NCBI RefSeq assembly: GCF_009914755.1
Contig: NC_060934.1
DNA from: the human T2T-CHM13v2.0 reference genome, Homo sapiens
Direction: 5' to 3' (one strand)
DNA length: 64,000 bases
The position numbers and the translations under genes were made by a program. Of this stretch, positions 1 through 13,000 are shown in pieces. Within the stretch, counting starts at the first letter, position 1. Each line of letters begins with the position of its first letter. The notes beneath the pieces are model-generated. The model ran no database searches. It was not told where the DNA came from and saw nothing but the letters and a program-made list of their open reading frames with translations.

Positions 1-709
1 CTTTTTATTCTGATAATAGATGATGTTAAAACATGAAGATGTACATACAATATCAATTGCATATGCTTCTTTTAAGTCTACGTCATGTTATCAGCAAAGA
101 TGAGTTTTGACTGCCAAAGTTCAATCAGCCCTTTCATTTTAGCCAATTTGCATACCTTTTGAATATGTGAATACAAAGGATCAGCTTGGTGCATGAGGAG
201 GAAAACCTTGAACATTCCTTCATCTTTCCTGTGGAGTTTTTCATTAAATGGTGGCAGGTTGATCTGGAAAAGCCAGATTTAAAAACCCAGCATGTTGGGT
301 GACCTACACCTTGACTTTGACACCAGAACTGATGGTGTTCAAAGTTGAGAGAGTAGCCTGAGGTCTTATAGAGAAAAATGTATTAATGTACATACTGTAG
401 GACATTTAATGTGTAGGGTTCTCTTTTCTTCTTCCCCCTTCTCAGCAACTCAATCTAAAATATTTCCATGTAACTTGTAGCAAGAGGCACAAATACACTA
501 ATACTTTATGAGCTGGTATTTTGGAAATTATCCTAAAGCCTCAGAAAATAAAAGTTATATTTGCAAAAATGCTGTTTGTTTGTAGCATCATTTATAGGAG
601 CAAAAAGTTGGGAATAACCCAAATACCATTTTTTAAAAGAATGGCTTAATCAGTTGTGATTTGTCAACATAATTAAATGTTGTGAGGAAATTTGAATAAT
701 TATATTGAC

Positions 710-860
710 TCTATACAAATGCTGTGGCAAGTATTTATATGCTTATCTCATTTAATTCTCACAACAACTCTTTGAGATAGGCACTGTTAATTATATTGCA
801 CCTGAGAAAACGGAAGCTGAGAAGAGCTAAATAATTTGGCTCAAGCATACAGTAAATCAC
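710..860. mobile_element. MIR SINE fragment
   Basis: ctcatttaattctcacaacaactc...gagaaaacggaagctgaga core. Confidence 0.65.
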
Positions 861-1283
861 AAAGCATGCTTTGCTGTTAGGTAGTCCTTGGTAAGTGTCC
901 TGACTCTGCCATTTAGTAGTTGGAACATGGTGATGTCGGGTACCTTTCAGGCTTATAGACTATAGATGTGCTTCAGGTGGTACGTGGCATCAGTTGGCTG
1001 CTCAATTAACATTTTTTTTTAATTTCCTTTTGTGGCTGAATTGGTGTCAGGTACATTTTTTTCATGTATTTTTTTAAGAGGTATTGTATATCACTAGAAA
1101 CACAATCTCAGAAAGTAAAATCCTGATAAATGTTTCTGTTTCTGTTTTTCTTATCTCTCCACCTAAAAAGAATAAAGTTTTGAACTATTTTCCCTTGGAG
1201 ACTTTGAGTTTTGTGATTACAAAAATAAAGAATAATTGTTTTTATTCTAAATATTTCCTACTGGATGCTTCTAATGATTATTA

Positions 1284-1443
1284 CCATGTTTTATCAAATC
1301 TAAGATGCCATTGACTTTAAGACACACCATTATTTTAGTACCACTAAGAAAAAAAAACTTGCCAACTGTGATGGTGATACACATCCTGGTTTCAGAGTTG
1401 TTAAAATGTGGAAAATGTGTATCCTAGAAGCAATGAGCTACAG
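1284..1443. mobile_element. Tc2/mariner-type MITE (MER104-like)
   Basis: TA-flanked degenerate terminal inverted repeats; tctaagatgcc and cctagaagcaatgag ends resemble the recalled consensus. Confidence 0.55.
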
Positions 1444-1516
1444 TATTGTTATTAAGCTCTACTTGCATGATTATGAGCATGACCTCATAACCTGTGTCCT
1501 TTTTTCTCTTTGGTAG

Positions 1517-1583
1517 CTTTGGCATGGCATATGACTTTATTGATTCAGTGGGAAATGATGTGGATGTTGTCTCTGACTCTGAA
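1517..1583 (+). CDS. EDRF1: EDRF1 exon (presumed exon 3), FGMAYDFIDSVGNDVDVVSDSE
   Basis: ttggtag|C...GAA|gtaagt; 67 nt. Confidence 0.9.
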
Positions 1584-2259
1584 GTAAGTGTTATTTGTCG
1601 CTTAATGTAATTTTGGAGGTGTTTTGTGATAGGTGTTTTATATCATGCTGTGTTTTGCATAATATAAATGTGCAAGTCTTGAGAAATTAGTGATGAAATA
1701 AGATAAAACTTACCTGATTATTGAGTATCTTTTTTGTTGTTAAAGTATCATTGTTTACCACATTTGTATTTAAAGAGGAAGGAATAATCAATCCCCAAAC
1801 ACTGGCAGTGGTAATAATATATTGATGGTTATATTTTAATGATAGTAATTGAAACTGATAATAGTGTTTGGGATTATTCTGTATATGTTACCAGTTGAGT
1901 TACAAATGATATTTCTAGTAAAATCTATTGGATCCTTAGTGGCTTTGATCTGATATGCTAAAAGCCTGGGTCAGCATAACAGTGTGACGTATACACCCTT
2001 AACTTTAAGAAATCCTATCATGTAAAAATAAATGTTTGACTGTCACTAACATAATGTGACTCATAAAGTGTACGTGATTCTGGTTTGAAAGCTCCGTCCT
2101 CTGTGTGTTTGCATGTAGCTTTTTGTTTAAAGTTCTATTTGTATAACCTTAAGGAAATAAGGTTTATTATGCTTTAAAATGAATGAAGCTAAAATTTAAA
2201 AGATTCCAAATCACACTAAAACAGTCTTTCTAAACTATTTTTTCTCTTAATTTTTTAAG

Positions 2260-2385
2260 AACATAAAAAAACTCCTGAAAATTCCCTACAGCAAGTCGCA
2301 CGTGAGCATGGCAGTACACCGCATAGGAAGGACTCTCTTACTAGATGAGCTAGATATTCAAGAACTCTTTATGAGATCGTCTCAG
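2260..2385 (+). CDS. EDRF1: EDRF1 exon 4, NIKKLLKIPYSKSHVSMAVHRIGRTLLLDELDIQELFMRSSQ
   Basis: tttaag|AAC...CAG|gtaatg; 126 nt, phase 0/0. Confidence 0.93.
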
Positions 2386-2780
2386 GTAATGCTTTTGTGA
2401 AAAAATCCAACAAAACATTAACAGCTTAAGAGCACTAGAAATACGATTTTGTTTCAGAGAATGGCCAAAGTGGAAATGTAGTTGAGTACTTCAACAATCG
2501 AGAAATTGAAAGTTTCACTGAAGATAGAAAAGCTTGAATGAAGAAAAAAGAAGAGAATGAGAATGGTGAAGAAAATTATTTTATTGATTCCAACAGCCAG
2601 ATTCTTTTTTACAAGAAAAAAGATGAAGCCAATGAAGAAAGTTGTGAAAAAAACTGTGAAATTTAAGGGACTAGTTTAATATTTTTAAGAATCCTTTAAC
2701 GTCTCCCTTAAACAGATTCTCAGGAAACACAGCTACTGGAAAATGTGAAAAATATTAGAAGCTGTTCCTATGAATAAATA

Positions 2781-3079
2781 CAGTCATGTTCCCATAATGA
2801 CGTTTCAGTCAGCGATGGACTGCATATACCGGTGGTCCCATAAGATTATAATATACTGTATTTTTACTGTATTTGCAGTGTTCAGATACACAAATACTTC
2901 AGTCACATGTACAGATTTGTAGCCTGGGAGCAATAGGCTATACCGTATGACCTAGGTAGGGAGTAGGCTGTACCATCCAGGTTTCTATAAGTAACACTCT
3001 GCGATGTTCACACCAGGACAAAATCACCTAATGACGCGCTTCTCAGAATATATCCCCATTGTTAAATGACACATGGCTG
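2781..3079. mobile_element. Tigger3/MER7-like DNA transposon
   Basis: TA|cagtcatg...catggctg|TA termini and matching internal consensus. Confidence 0.75.
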
Positions 3080-3766
3080 TAGTTATTAGAATTAATTGAT
3101 GCTCTTTAGCCTAGATTCTCAAATTGTATGTTGGTAAGGACTGTTTTTCCCACATGTTGAGAATGGATACTTTTGAAAAACATAATAACATTGTTGCAGT
3201 TTCTCAAGAACTACCCTCCATATCTGTACTTTTCTTGGGCTGGCAAGAAATAGTTCATGGTCAGTCTTTAAAGAATATTACTACAGTGCTTTGATAAAGA
3301 AAATTAAATTATGGTGAGGTAAATGACATTTAAAATAAGTGCTTTTTTCCTTTGAAAAGACCACCGTTTAGTTCATCATGTGAGTATGAGCCTAGGCACG
3401 GGGATGTGACAGTGAACAAATCACAGGCCTTGCTCCTCAGCAGTTCATTGTTTGGGGTTATAAACACATACACAGATCATTTCAATATAGTGTGCAAAGT
3501 GGGAACTACTGCAGCTGCTAAGGAACATGTTATAGAGAAGACTCACCTCTCCCAGCCTGGCTTAGGAGGAGGAAGACGGGTTTCCTTTAGGAAACAAAAA
3601 ACAAAAGAAAGGTGGTATGAATTGACCCAGAAAGATATGTTTTTAATGAGTATGTGTTTATGAAACTATTCAAAAAATAATAGGAGCCTTTTCTGTAAGC
3701 TAGTACTAGGTAACATTGTTTCGACTATGTGTGTTGTATTAATAATATGTATCTCATGTTATCCAG

Positions 3767-3891
3767 ACTGGTGACTGGACATGGTTGAAAGAGTTTTATC
3801 AAAGACTCATTGATCAGAAGTGGCAGAGGAAGAAAAAGAGCAAAGAGCACTGGTATCAAAAGGCAATTCTTTCCAAGTTTTTATATTACAG
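3767..3891 (+). CDS. EDRF1: EDRF1 exon 5, TGDWTWLKEFYQRLIDQKWQRKKKSKEHWYQKAILSKFLYY
   Basis: atccag|ACT...AG|gtactt; 125 nt. Confidence 0.93.
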
Positions 3892-4130
3892 GTACTTGGC
3901 TACTTATTTATCTCTAAAGAGAAAAAGGGAATTCTGATCTAAAATTTAGTGTGAAGCTTAATGAAGTTATAATTTAAGTTTTGCCCCTGTGATACTGTTA
4001 ACATTTGTTTCATATTTCTTTTTTACAAGATGTATGCTTAATTACAGATTGTAGTTTTTATAAACGGGTAGACTGTTGCATGAAGTTAACTTTAGTAACA
4101 GCAATCCTTTTTTATTTCTGGTTTGGCCAG

Positions 4131-4287
4131 TATCAATGGTGATGGAGCCGCTCAGCCTGTCTCATCCACCGCAGAACAGCAGGAATCGTCCAGTTCAGAT
4201 CAGACAAATGATTCGGAAGGGGCTTCATGGCCTGCTCCCTTCGAAATGCCTTCTTCAGTTTCTGAAGATCCCAGTGCTTCCAGTCAG
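4131..4287 (+). CDS. EDRF1: EDRF1 exon 6, Ser-rich linker INGDGAAQPVSS...SASSQ
   Basis: ggccag|T...CAG|gttagt; 157 nt restores phase 0. Confidence 0.92.
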
Positions 4288-6362
4288 GTTAGTACTTAAA
4301 TGCTAATTCTAGAAACTCACATAGGAAAACAAAGCCTTTTTTAACATCTCGTTAAAAAAAAAAAAAGATGAACAGGACTAAGAAATATTCTGTCAGCTTA
4401 TGGAATGGGGGAAAAAAGACTTCTGTCAATTTATGGAATTGGAGAAATACTTTTTAGTTTTTCGTAATAGAATTTACAAGAGCTATTATAGGTGGGGAGA
4501 TCAGATTTTTTTATTAAATCGAAATATAATAGTTGACTGATATGTTTATTAATACTGATTATCTCCTTCAAGTGATGAGTATTATATAGAGATATAGTAT
4601 ATTTTAATTATAAATACTAGTCATTTTTAACTATAAATACTATTTTAACTATAAATATCTGTCAATATTTGATAGACATTTCCTACCAAATATTGAGACT
4701 CAGAGACCCATTTGTAATTTAAGTTCTAACCTTTTTACCATAACTTTCAGTCAGATTGTTAGACCTAAAATATCCCTTTAAGGTTTTCCAGATAAAATTC
4801 CTGAAACTTAGTCCACATTCATGTTATAAAAGTTTTAGAAAAGAGAATGAACTAGGTTGTCCATTTTATCTCTTACATCCTTGTTTCTTCCTAATGCTTG
4901 TTTATTTTTGTACTTACTGTATCTATCAAAGAATAAAATAAAGCCATAGATGTAAATTGTGACATGTCTATTTTCAGGAAAATAGATTGATAAATAGATA
5001 ATAAGATCTGTGACTTGATAAGTTACGTCTTCCCTCTTGCTGTTGTGTTCCCACATATTGAGCACTATTCAACCAGATTGTTTCAATCTTCACAAATTAC
5101 AGGGAGCAGATACATTTAACTCGATTTTAGTTTCAGTAGGTTTAAGATAGAGAAAGCATCCCATAAAACTCCATAATGAATTTAAATTTCTTTCAAAAGT
5201 GAGAAAAATGTAAGGAAAAGGAAGTAATTAATATGCAAGTCACATAGTGGTAACAACCAAGAAGTAGGGATGTTCTATGATTCAGAAGGGAGAAAAGACT
5301 ACATAATACAAATACTACCCTCCTATTACCCATGTCACCCATCTCCCAGTGTTGTTCTGTCTTTACCTTGTTTAGGAATTACTGTGAAAACTCTTGGAGA
5401 GTCGGGAATCTGTAGACTTGCGTGTTGAGGAAGCAAGCTGGCATTTACTGAATAGCTCTTATGCCATGTGTATGTTTGTACAAGGTTTTTTTTTCATTCT
5501 TGGAGCTGCGTATTGTACAAATAAGTAAACTAACGCTCATCAAAAGATGTTTCACATGGTCATACAGCTGGCGAAACTCTCAGGCTAGGGCTTAAACCCA
5601 GATCTTTCTGCCTGCAGAGGCCTGTTCCTCCAGCAGTACTCCACTGTGTCCGTGTACTCCACACACAGCAAGGCCCTACTAACAGTCAGATCATCGTAGT
5701 AGTGGTGTATCCCTAGGCACAGCTAGCCTGCCTTAAGAGTCTCTTACAGAGTACTTTTCTTATATTGCTTAAATTTCAGCTTTAGAGATTTGTTTATATT
5801 TGCAAGCTATCTCTGCACAAATTCTTGTTCCAAAAACTAAAACTGCTGGCTTGAGGCCTTTGTTAAGCAGTTATAGAGGTTAAATAGGTGACTGTGGGAT
5901 GGTCCTAGAGCCAGACATTTATTGAGAACATTGTAACCTAGAGCTCATACTCTGACTAAAGCAACTGCCTGGCAAACTGTTTTGAGAATCGGTTCATGAG
6001 TTGATAACTTGTCTGTGTAAACAAATAATAAAATAAAAAAGAGTTTAAAGTTCTCTTAGGACTCCTGAGGGAGAGGACAAGGCACAATAGAAGTGCTAGA
6101 GAGCCACCTGTGCTTATAGTCACACACTCTTCCCAAGCAGGTGCCAAGCCTACTGGCACACACAGATGACAAGTAAGACAGATGTTTGTGGAATAAGCAA
6201 CACACGCATGCCTGTCTTGGGTTCTGTTGAGGCAATGACATTAAAAGCTTAAAGTAGTATTTCTTAATGGCAGTACTACTTTCCTAATGATTGGAAAATT
6301 GAGTGGTAGGCTGAGTTTACCCAGTGTCAAGAGGGCCCAAGTGTATTCCAAAATGCATTCCA

Positions 6363-6747
<385 letters not shown>

Positions 6748-6976
6748 CTATTGCAGGATTACTTATTATATATTTATTGTTTTAATATCAATAAATATTG
6801 TTACTCCACAAAAGTGAGTACCTGGTAAACGTCATCTTTCAAACCTGACTCTGGAAAATTTTCATTCAGTTTCCCAGGAACTAGTGTTCTGTGAAACACT
6901 CATCAGGAAATGCTAAACTGGAGACTGTTAAGATAATGAGTATCTCAAACTGTGGCTGAGTAAGATTTCTTAGGGT

Positions 6977-7105
6977 TTCTTTTTTTTAAGAGACAGACTC
7001 TCATTATGTTGTCCAGGCTGGATTCGAACTCCTGGGCTCAAGCAGTCCTCCCCTGTCGACCTCCCACATAGCTTGGACTACAAGCACATGCCATCGTGCC
7101 TGGCC
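6977..7105 (-). mobile_element. Alu monomer (FLAM-like)
   Basis: Antisense monomer flanked by tttcttagg repeats. Confidence 0.85.
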
Positions 7106-7451
7106 AGTTTCTTAGGAATTTTTAAATTCAATATAGATAGAGTAGGCTGAAAGAGCAGTGGTAATCAGATGCACCAAAAAAGAGAAAAATGAAAAACTTA
7201 GAAAGTTTAGAATAATCTTTAATCTATCTCTCTTGAGTAAGATCTAAATGTGATTCGCTTCTTATAGTAGCTATGATCATTAGCCAAAGCAAGCCACCCA
7301 ATGAGGCGTGTTATTATTTGTATTGGCCTAATAATTCACAATGGTAGATTTGAAGTGTGTGCTTTGAATATTTAGGTGATACTCTCAAAAGTGGGTCAAT
7401 TTTAAGAAATGTTGACAGCAGAATCACTCCTTATCCTTGCACTTTTCACAG

Positions 7452-7553
7452 GGAAGTGAGCCTCTTGAACCCTCATACATAGTGGGGCATGTGGCCTCAG
7501 CCCCCAAAGAACAAAACCTGATTACTTTATTCAATGACGGGGAGCACAGTCAG
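7452..7553 (+). CDS. EDRF1: EDRF1 exon 7, in-frame 34-aa cassette GSEPLEPSYIVGHVASAPKEQNLITLFNDGEHSQ
   Basis: ttcacag|GGA...CAG|gtatgc; 102 nt, phase 0/0, stop-free. Confidence 0.85.
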
Positions 7554-7806
7554 GTATGCTTTCCATGGTGTCCAAGGTGACAGCAAATCCCCAGTCTACT
7601 TTGTCATTTCAAAACTAGCCTAAGTCGAAATTGATAGGGAAAAACTCCACTTGATCCTGAAACTGCTTTCTAAGCATCTTTGTGATCTTAGCTCTGGGGC
7701 CTGACTTTGTCTTCTTTGTCTCTTCCTTTTTCTAGTCTTTTTATGGATCATGGGGGGAAATTACAGATTGACTGTTTATTATAATCCTCCCTATTTTAAA
7801 TCACAG

Positions 7807-7928
7807 GGTCTTAAAAATGATTTTGTTCGGAATATTCTATGGACATTTGAAGATATCCATATGTTGGTCGGCTCCAACATGCCCATATTTGGAGGAGGCA
7901 GATACCCAGCAGTCAGCTTACGTCTCAG
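7807..7928 (+). CDS. EDRF1: EDRF1 exon 8, GLKNDFVRNILWTFEDIHMLVGSNMPIFGGGRYPAVSLRL
   Basis: tcacag|GGT...AG|gtgaac; 122 nt; lies within ORF 7750..7932. Confidence 0.93.
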
Positions 7929-7998
7929 GTGAACTAACATCATACCCCTCCTCAAGCTTATGGTATTTAAATTCTTCCTTTAGAATCAGTGTTCCATC

Positions 7999-8074
7999 AG
8001 ACTGAGGTTGCAGTGAGCCAAGATCATGCTACCGCACTCCAGCCTAGGCGAAAGAGCAAGACTCGTCTCAAAAA
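7999..8074 (+). mobile_element. 5'-truncated Alu right-arm end with 17-bp TSD
   Basis: agaatcagtgttccatc at 7982-7998 and 8075-8091. Confidence 0.9.
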
Positions 8075-8736
8075 AGAATCAGTGTTCCATCTATTTGGGC
8101 ATCTTCCTCTTTCTCTAGGTTTTTTCCCCTCCCTCCTTCCCCTGCCAGTTGAAATGGCCACATTAAGGAAGGAGCTACTGTCAGCAGATGCTGAAAGGCA
8201 GGCCTATAGCTGAGTCTTCATTCTAGACCTCATTGAATAGAGCCAGAGGTTTGTTGGACTGGCCTAGTCTTAGGTCTGAATCTACAACTTGTGAGAATAT
8301 TCAAGAGAGTTTATTTAATTAGTTAGATTCCTACTAACTACTTGTGAGCATTTTTCTTAATGCTCCACGTGTATTTGTTGATATTAGCCAATGTGAATTC
8401 CAACTTAAGCATGGTCTTGTATGGTGTTCAGTCTTTCTTCAAGTTGTGTGTGAGGAGCAGGCAGTAGGCTCACCGTCCTTTCCTATTATATTGTCTTCTA
8501 TTCTTACTGAAAACTTACCAATGTCAGTTAGAAATACAAGCAAGCTTTTGGAAAGATGTTAAATATAGCACAACCACTGAGCTGCATGTGCATATCTTAT
8601 CAGAAAAGAAAGCATAGATGGCATTTTCTATCTAGAGAGGACAGCTTAAGATACTTAAATGGTGAAATAACTTTCAGATGATTAATTAAGGAACATCTTA
8701 ATTAAACCAAATAACACTAGAAATGTATATTTTTAG

Positions 8737-8848
8737 GGATAACAACAAACCAATTAATGTGCTAACTGGAATTGACTATTGGTTGGACAACTTGATATGC
8801 AATGTGCCAGAGCTTGTGATGTGTTTTCATGTAAATGGAATTGTACAG
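8737..8848 (+). CDS. EDRF1: EDRF1 exon 9, DNNKPINVLTGIDYWLDNLICNVPELVMCFHVNGIVQ
   Basis: ttttag|G...CAG|gtaaga; 112 nt. Confidence 0.93.
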
Positions 8849-9309
8849 GTAAGATACAGTGTGATTTTTCTGATCTCTCAAATGCAAATTGGTACAGAGA
8901 GTTCCTCACCAAAGTCTTTACGGCCCTGAAGTACTAAGGTGCATTTTTGCCAGGGAAGATAGCTGTGAATAAACTGAATTTGAGTGTACATTTAAGTTGG
9001 TGATAACAGAATTGTAGATGTTATAGAAGTATAATTTTACAGGTAATTTGGAGGAAGTTCATAAATATATGAAAACCTGCATTTGTAGCCATAGAACTCT
9101 AATTTTAATGCCAAGCACTCATTAATAATTAACTGAAAGTGTCTACACAATGGAGGCGTTTCTTCGTTATGCAAATATCTACTCAGTACATGCAAAGTTT
9201 TAGGGAAAGGTCTTGTAAAAATTGCATATGGTGGATAGCTTATATAGCAAATTCTTATTGAGCATATTCTGTTTAGAAGACACGTATCCCCATTATAAGT
9301 GTTGGGGGA

Positions 9310-9670
<361 letters not shown>

Positions 9671-10229
9671 TCAGAAAGAGATAATCTAATGGGAAATAAT
9701 ATGCAGAGAGAACAGTAGGAGACAGATAAGAATTAGAAGTGTAGCACACAGAAATCTAGATCATCAGAGAAGGGGGTGAGCACTTCCATTCAGGTCTGGA
9801 GGAAAGACTTTGTGGAAGAAGGGACATCTTAACTGAGTCCTGAATGATAGCTAGTATCTCAAAAAATAAGAGCTGGATTTTAAAAGTCTAGTGTAAATAC
9901 ATGAAAGGATTGATAATAAATCCAGCTAGGGAACACAGGATTTATGTAGCAGAATAGCTGCAAGTAAGGTTGGAAAAGTCATGGTCAAATGATGGAGATC
10001 TTAAATGTTGAGCTAAGGAGTATGGACTTGGTTCAGTTGGTAATCTGGAATCAGAAGGCTTTGCATCTAGGAGGGGAAATTTGTTGTGTTAGAATATTAA
10101 TTTAGAGATAGCATATAGGACAGAAAAGGAGGACTTAGAGACAAGAAAACCAGAGGCATTGTACCATTTTGCAGATAGTGTAATGTACTTTCCACTAGAG
10201 AGGAACTATTAAGAATCAACAATGGTAAG

Positions 10230-10632
10230 AATAGATAGCATTTATTGAGTGCTTATTTTATCCAAGCACTTTGCTGAATGCTTTAAATGCTTTACCTTAT
10301 TTGATCTTCTTAGCTACCTCACATGCTGTTATTCCTATTTGATGGAAAGAGAGACTGAGGATCAAGGAGCTCAAGTGAGTTGCCCAGGGTCAACTTAGTA
10401 GTGAGTGGCGGTGCCAGTCTTTGTGCCTCTCTCTGGCTGAGGACATGCTTTGAACCGTTATATTCCAACCCAGTGATTCTTAACCTGGTTGTGCATCAGA
10501 ATCACTTGTGGTCTCTGAAAAAATGCACTTGCTTGGGCCCCCAGTGTTCTAGTATCAGTAGGATGTGTACTTCTGTCTTTTCTGAAAGTCTGCTGTATGA
10601 TTCTGGTTTGCAGTCTTGATTGAAAACCACTG
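10230..10632. mobile_element. MIR followed by MER5A-like hAT element
   Basis: MIR core at 10230-10440; cagtgattcttaacc...ttgaaaaccactg termini at about 10470-10632. Confidence 0.6.
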
Positions 10633-11852
10633 TTAGACCATCTCCCTAAATGGCAACATTTAGTGAGAGGCTGGGGTGGGAGTGGGGAGCAAGAGAAAAG
10701 AGAGAGGCAGATAAAGCGTTAGCAAGGCGGAGGGGAACAGGAGTCAAAGGAGATTCCAGGGTTTAGGGACTAGAATAATGGTGGTGCCATTTAGTGAGAT
10801 AAGGATGTTGAATTGGTTTAGACAGGGAAGGTAATATGTTTTTGTCACATGTTCAGTTTGAGGAAAGTATAAAAATGTCTAGTGAGCATTTTGAAGTTGC
10901 AGCCATTAGAGAAATAAATTGAAGCATCATCTGCCTAGATACTGTCAGATTTCATCACCAGAGGAATCTATTAAAATCAGACATTGGAGCCTCTCCTCAT
11001 AGGGGTAAAAATAGAAGGGCATTTAGAGAGAGAGAAGGAGAACAAGAATAGCACAGATTAAAATACAGGAAAGGAGCATTTTAAGGAAGGAAATAATCAA
11101 CATTGGGGACTTCACATGAACAAAGTGGGGTGAAAATCAACCTCAGACGATTGTGTTTGGTCTTACATTCCAGTTGATTTGAAGTTTCCAGTTTTAGAGT
11201 ACTTCAGAAAATGTGGTAGGAGATGGTTAGGAGAGTGTGCACAGAAGATAAACAAGAAAAATGCAAAGGCACTTTTAAAATAGTGGTAGTAATGTCCATG
11301 AAGCCTTTACTCTTATTGCCACCTCCATTCCCCCCTGCTCCATCCCTGTGAAGTAATAAAGTCCATAGATGAAGGGAAGAGAGGTGTCTACTGGAAAATT
11401 TCCTAAATGATTCTCTCTCCTTGAGTCACTGACTGTAGTTTCTAGCAAAAAAAAAGGCCAGAAATACATGTGTTTTAAAATCTTGCTGGGTAAAGCCTAC
11501 CTTCATTTACCATCTTCCCAGTTGAAAACCATTCAAGTGGAATAAAAGTAGTCAGTATGATTTGTTCCATGTTAGAACAGAAATAAGATCATGCCTGAAT
11601 CTGAGGTTCTAAATCTGGTAGTGATTCTCCATTGAAATTACTCCAATAGTGAACTGCCCTTGCTGATGGGGTGGATGAGATTCCTTTGGGAGGCTGGGGC
11701 AGAAAAAAGATTAAAAACCACTGGTTTAAACACTTTCATGCTACATAGGTCTCTGTTTGCAGGACTTCTGCATTTGGTTGCTTTTTAAAAAGAAAGGTGT
11801 TGTTTCCTTGGGTTTTCTCTTAAACTGCTTTCCATCTGTCTGTATTTTACAG

Positions 11853-12000
11853 AAATATGAAATGATAAAGACAGAAGAAATTCCCAATTTGGAAAATTCT
11901 AATTTTTCTACTAAAGTCATAAAAGACATTGCACAGAATATTTTATCATTTTTGAAATCTAATTGTACCAAAGAAGGACATACCTATTGGCTCTTTAAAG
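11853..12000 (+). CDS. EDRF1: EDRF1 exon 10, KYEMIKTEEIPN...HTYWLFK
   Basis: ttacag|AAA...G|gtaagc; 148 nt. Confidence 0.93.
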
Positions 12001-12083
12001 GTAAGCTATTAATACTTCTTGAGTGAACAATAATTGATTTGGGTAACTGCTGTGAAATGAGTCTTCTTTGTTTTTCTTTTCAG

Positions 12084-12192
12084 CAAGTGGCAGCGATATA
12101 GTGAAGCTCTATGACCTCACTACTCTTTGTGAAGAAACTGAAGACAAATACCAAAATCCATTCACAATGCCGGTAGCCATTCTCTTGTACAA
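12084..12192 (+). CDS. EDRF1: EDRF1 exon 11, SGSDIVKLYDLTTLCEETEDKYQNPFTMPVAILLY
   Basis: tttcag|CA...AA|gtgagt; 109 nt, follows an 83-nt intron. Confidence 0.93.
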
Positions 12193-12520
12193 GTGAGTGC
12201 TTTAAGAATTTAAGATGAAGAAGTAGCCTATTATATAAAGTTTTAAAGCATACAGTCACAGTTTCCAAACCAAGGCTTTTAAATGCTTTTAGGTTTTCAT
12301 AGTAGGGGGAAAAATACACGTACACATTGTACCAAATATTACTCAGCTTTCTTATGCCACCATAGTATAAACGTTTTGGGGGTTGTGGGTAAAGTGTAAA
12401 GTTTAGTATTTTGTTGTTTCTTATAGCTCTTTGTTGGAAAGAAACAAGAGCACTCCTAGACTTGAGTCTTGCAGACAACGATGAAATGGGCAGTAAAGTT
12501 GATATAAACTCTTTTTTTAG

Positions 12521-12632
12521 GGTTGCTTGCAACATGATGATGAAGAAGAATCAAAATAAGAAACACTATGGAACTATTAGAACATTGCTTCTTAATTGTC
12601 TGAAATTACTGGACAAAAGTAGGCATCCTCAA
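12521..12632 (+). CDS. EDRF1: EDRF1 exon 12, VACNMMMKKNQ...SRHPQ
   Basis: ttttag|G...CAA|gtaaga; 112 nt. Confidence 0.93.
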
Positions 12633-12728
12633 GTAAGATTAACATTTATGTATTCTCTAAAACAATCCTAGCATTCTAATAGGAGATTGTTACCTAGACA
12701 GTAAAGCCTCCTGATTCATATTCCGTAA

Positions 12729-13000
12729 CTGCCCTATTCAGTGTGGTAGCCATTAGCACATGTGGCTGTTGATCACTTAAAATGTGCTTTGTCTGAATTG
12801 ACATGTGCTGTAAGTGTAAAATACACACTGAATTTTGAAGATTGGATGTCTGTACCTATTACATGTTGAAATGCAATATTACATATATTGGATTAAATAT
12901 ATTTAAGTTGATTTCACAGATTCTACTTTTTAAATGTAGCTACTAGAAAATTTAAAATTTCTGTATGTGACTCATGTTACATTTCTCTCAGACAGCACTG
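12729..13000. mobile_element. MER3/MER33-like hAT-Charlie element
   Basis: tagccattagcacatgtggct...cagacagcactg consensus match. Confidence 0.65.

Noticed and set aside
4603-4658. Three degenerate ttttaactataaata copies
   Set aside because: AT-rich slippage duplication with no evidence of function
12080-12535. 151-aa antisense ORF over EDRF1 exons 11-12 (similarly 16685-17098)
   Set aside because: Antisense shadow of coding exons, with no independent gene signals
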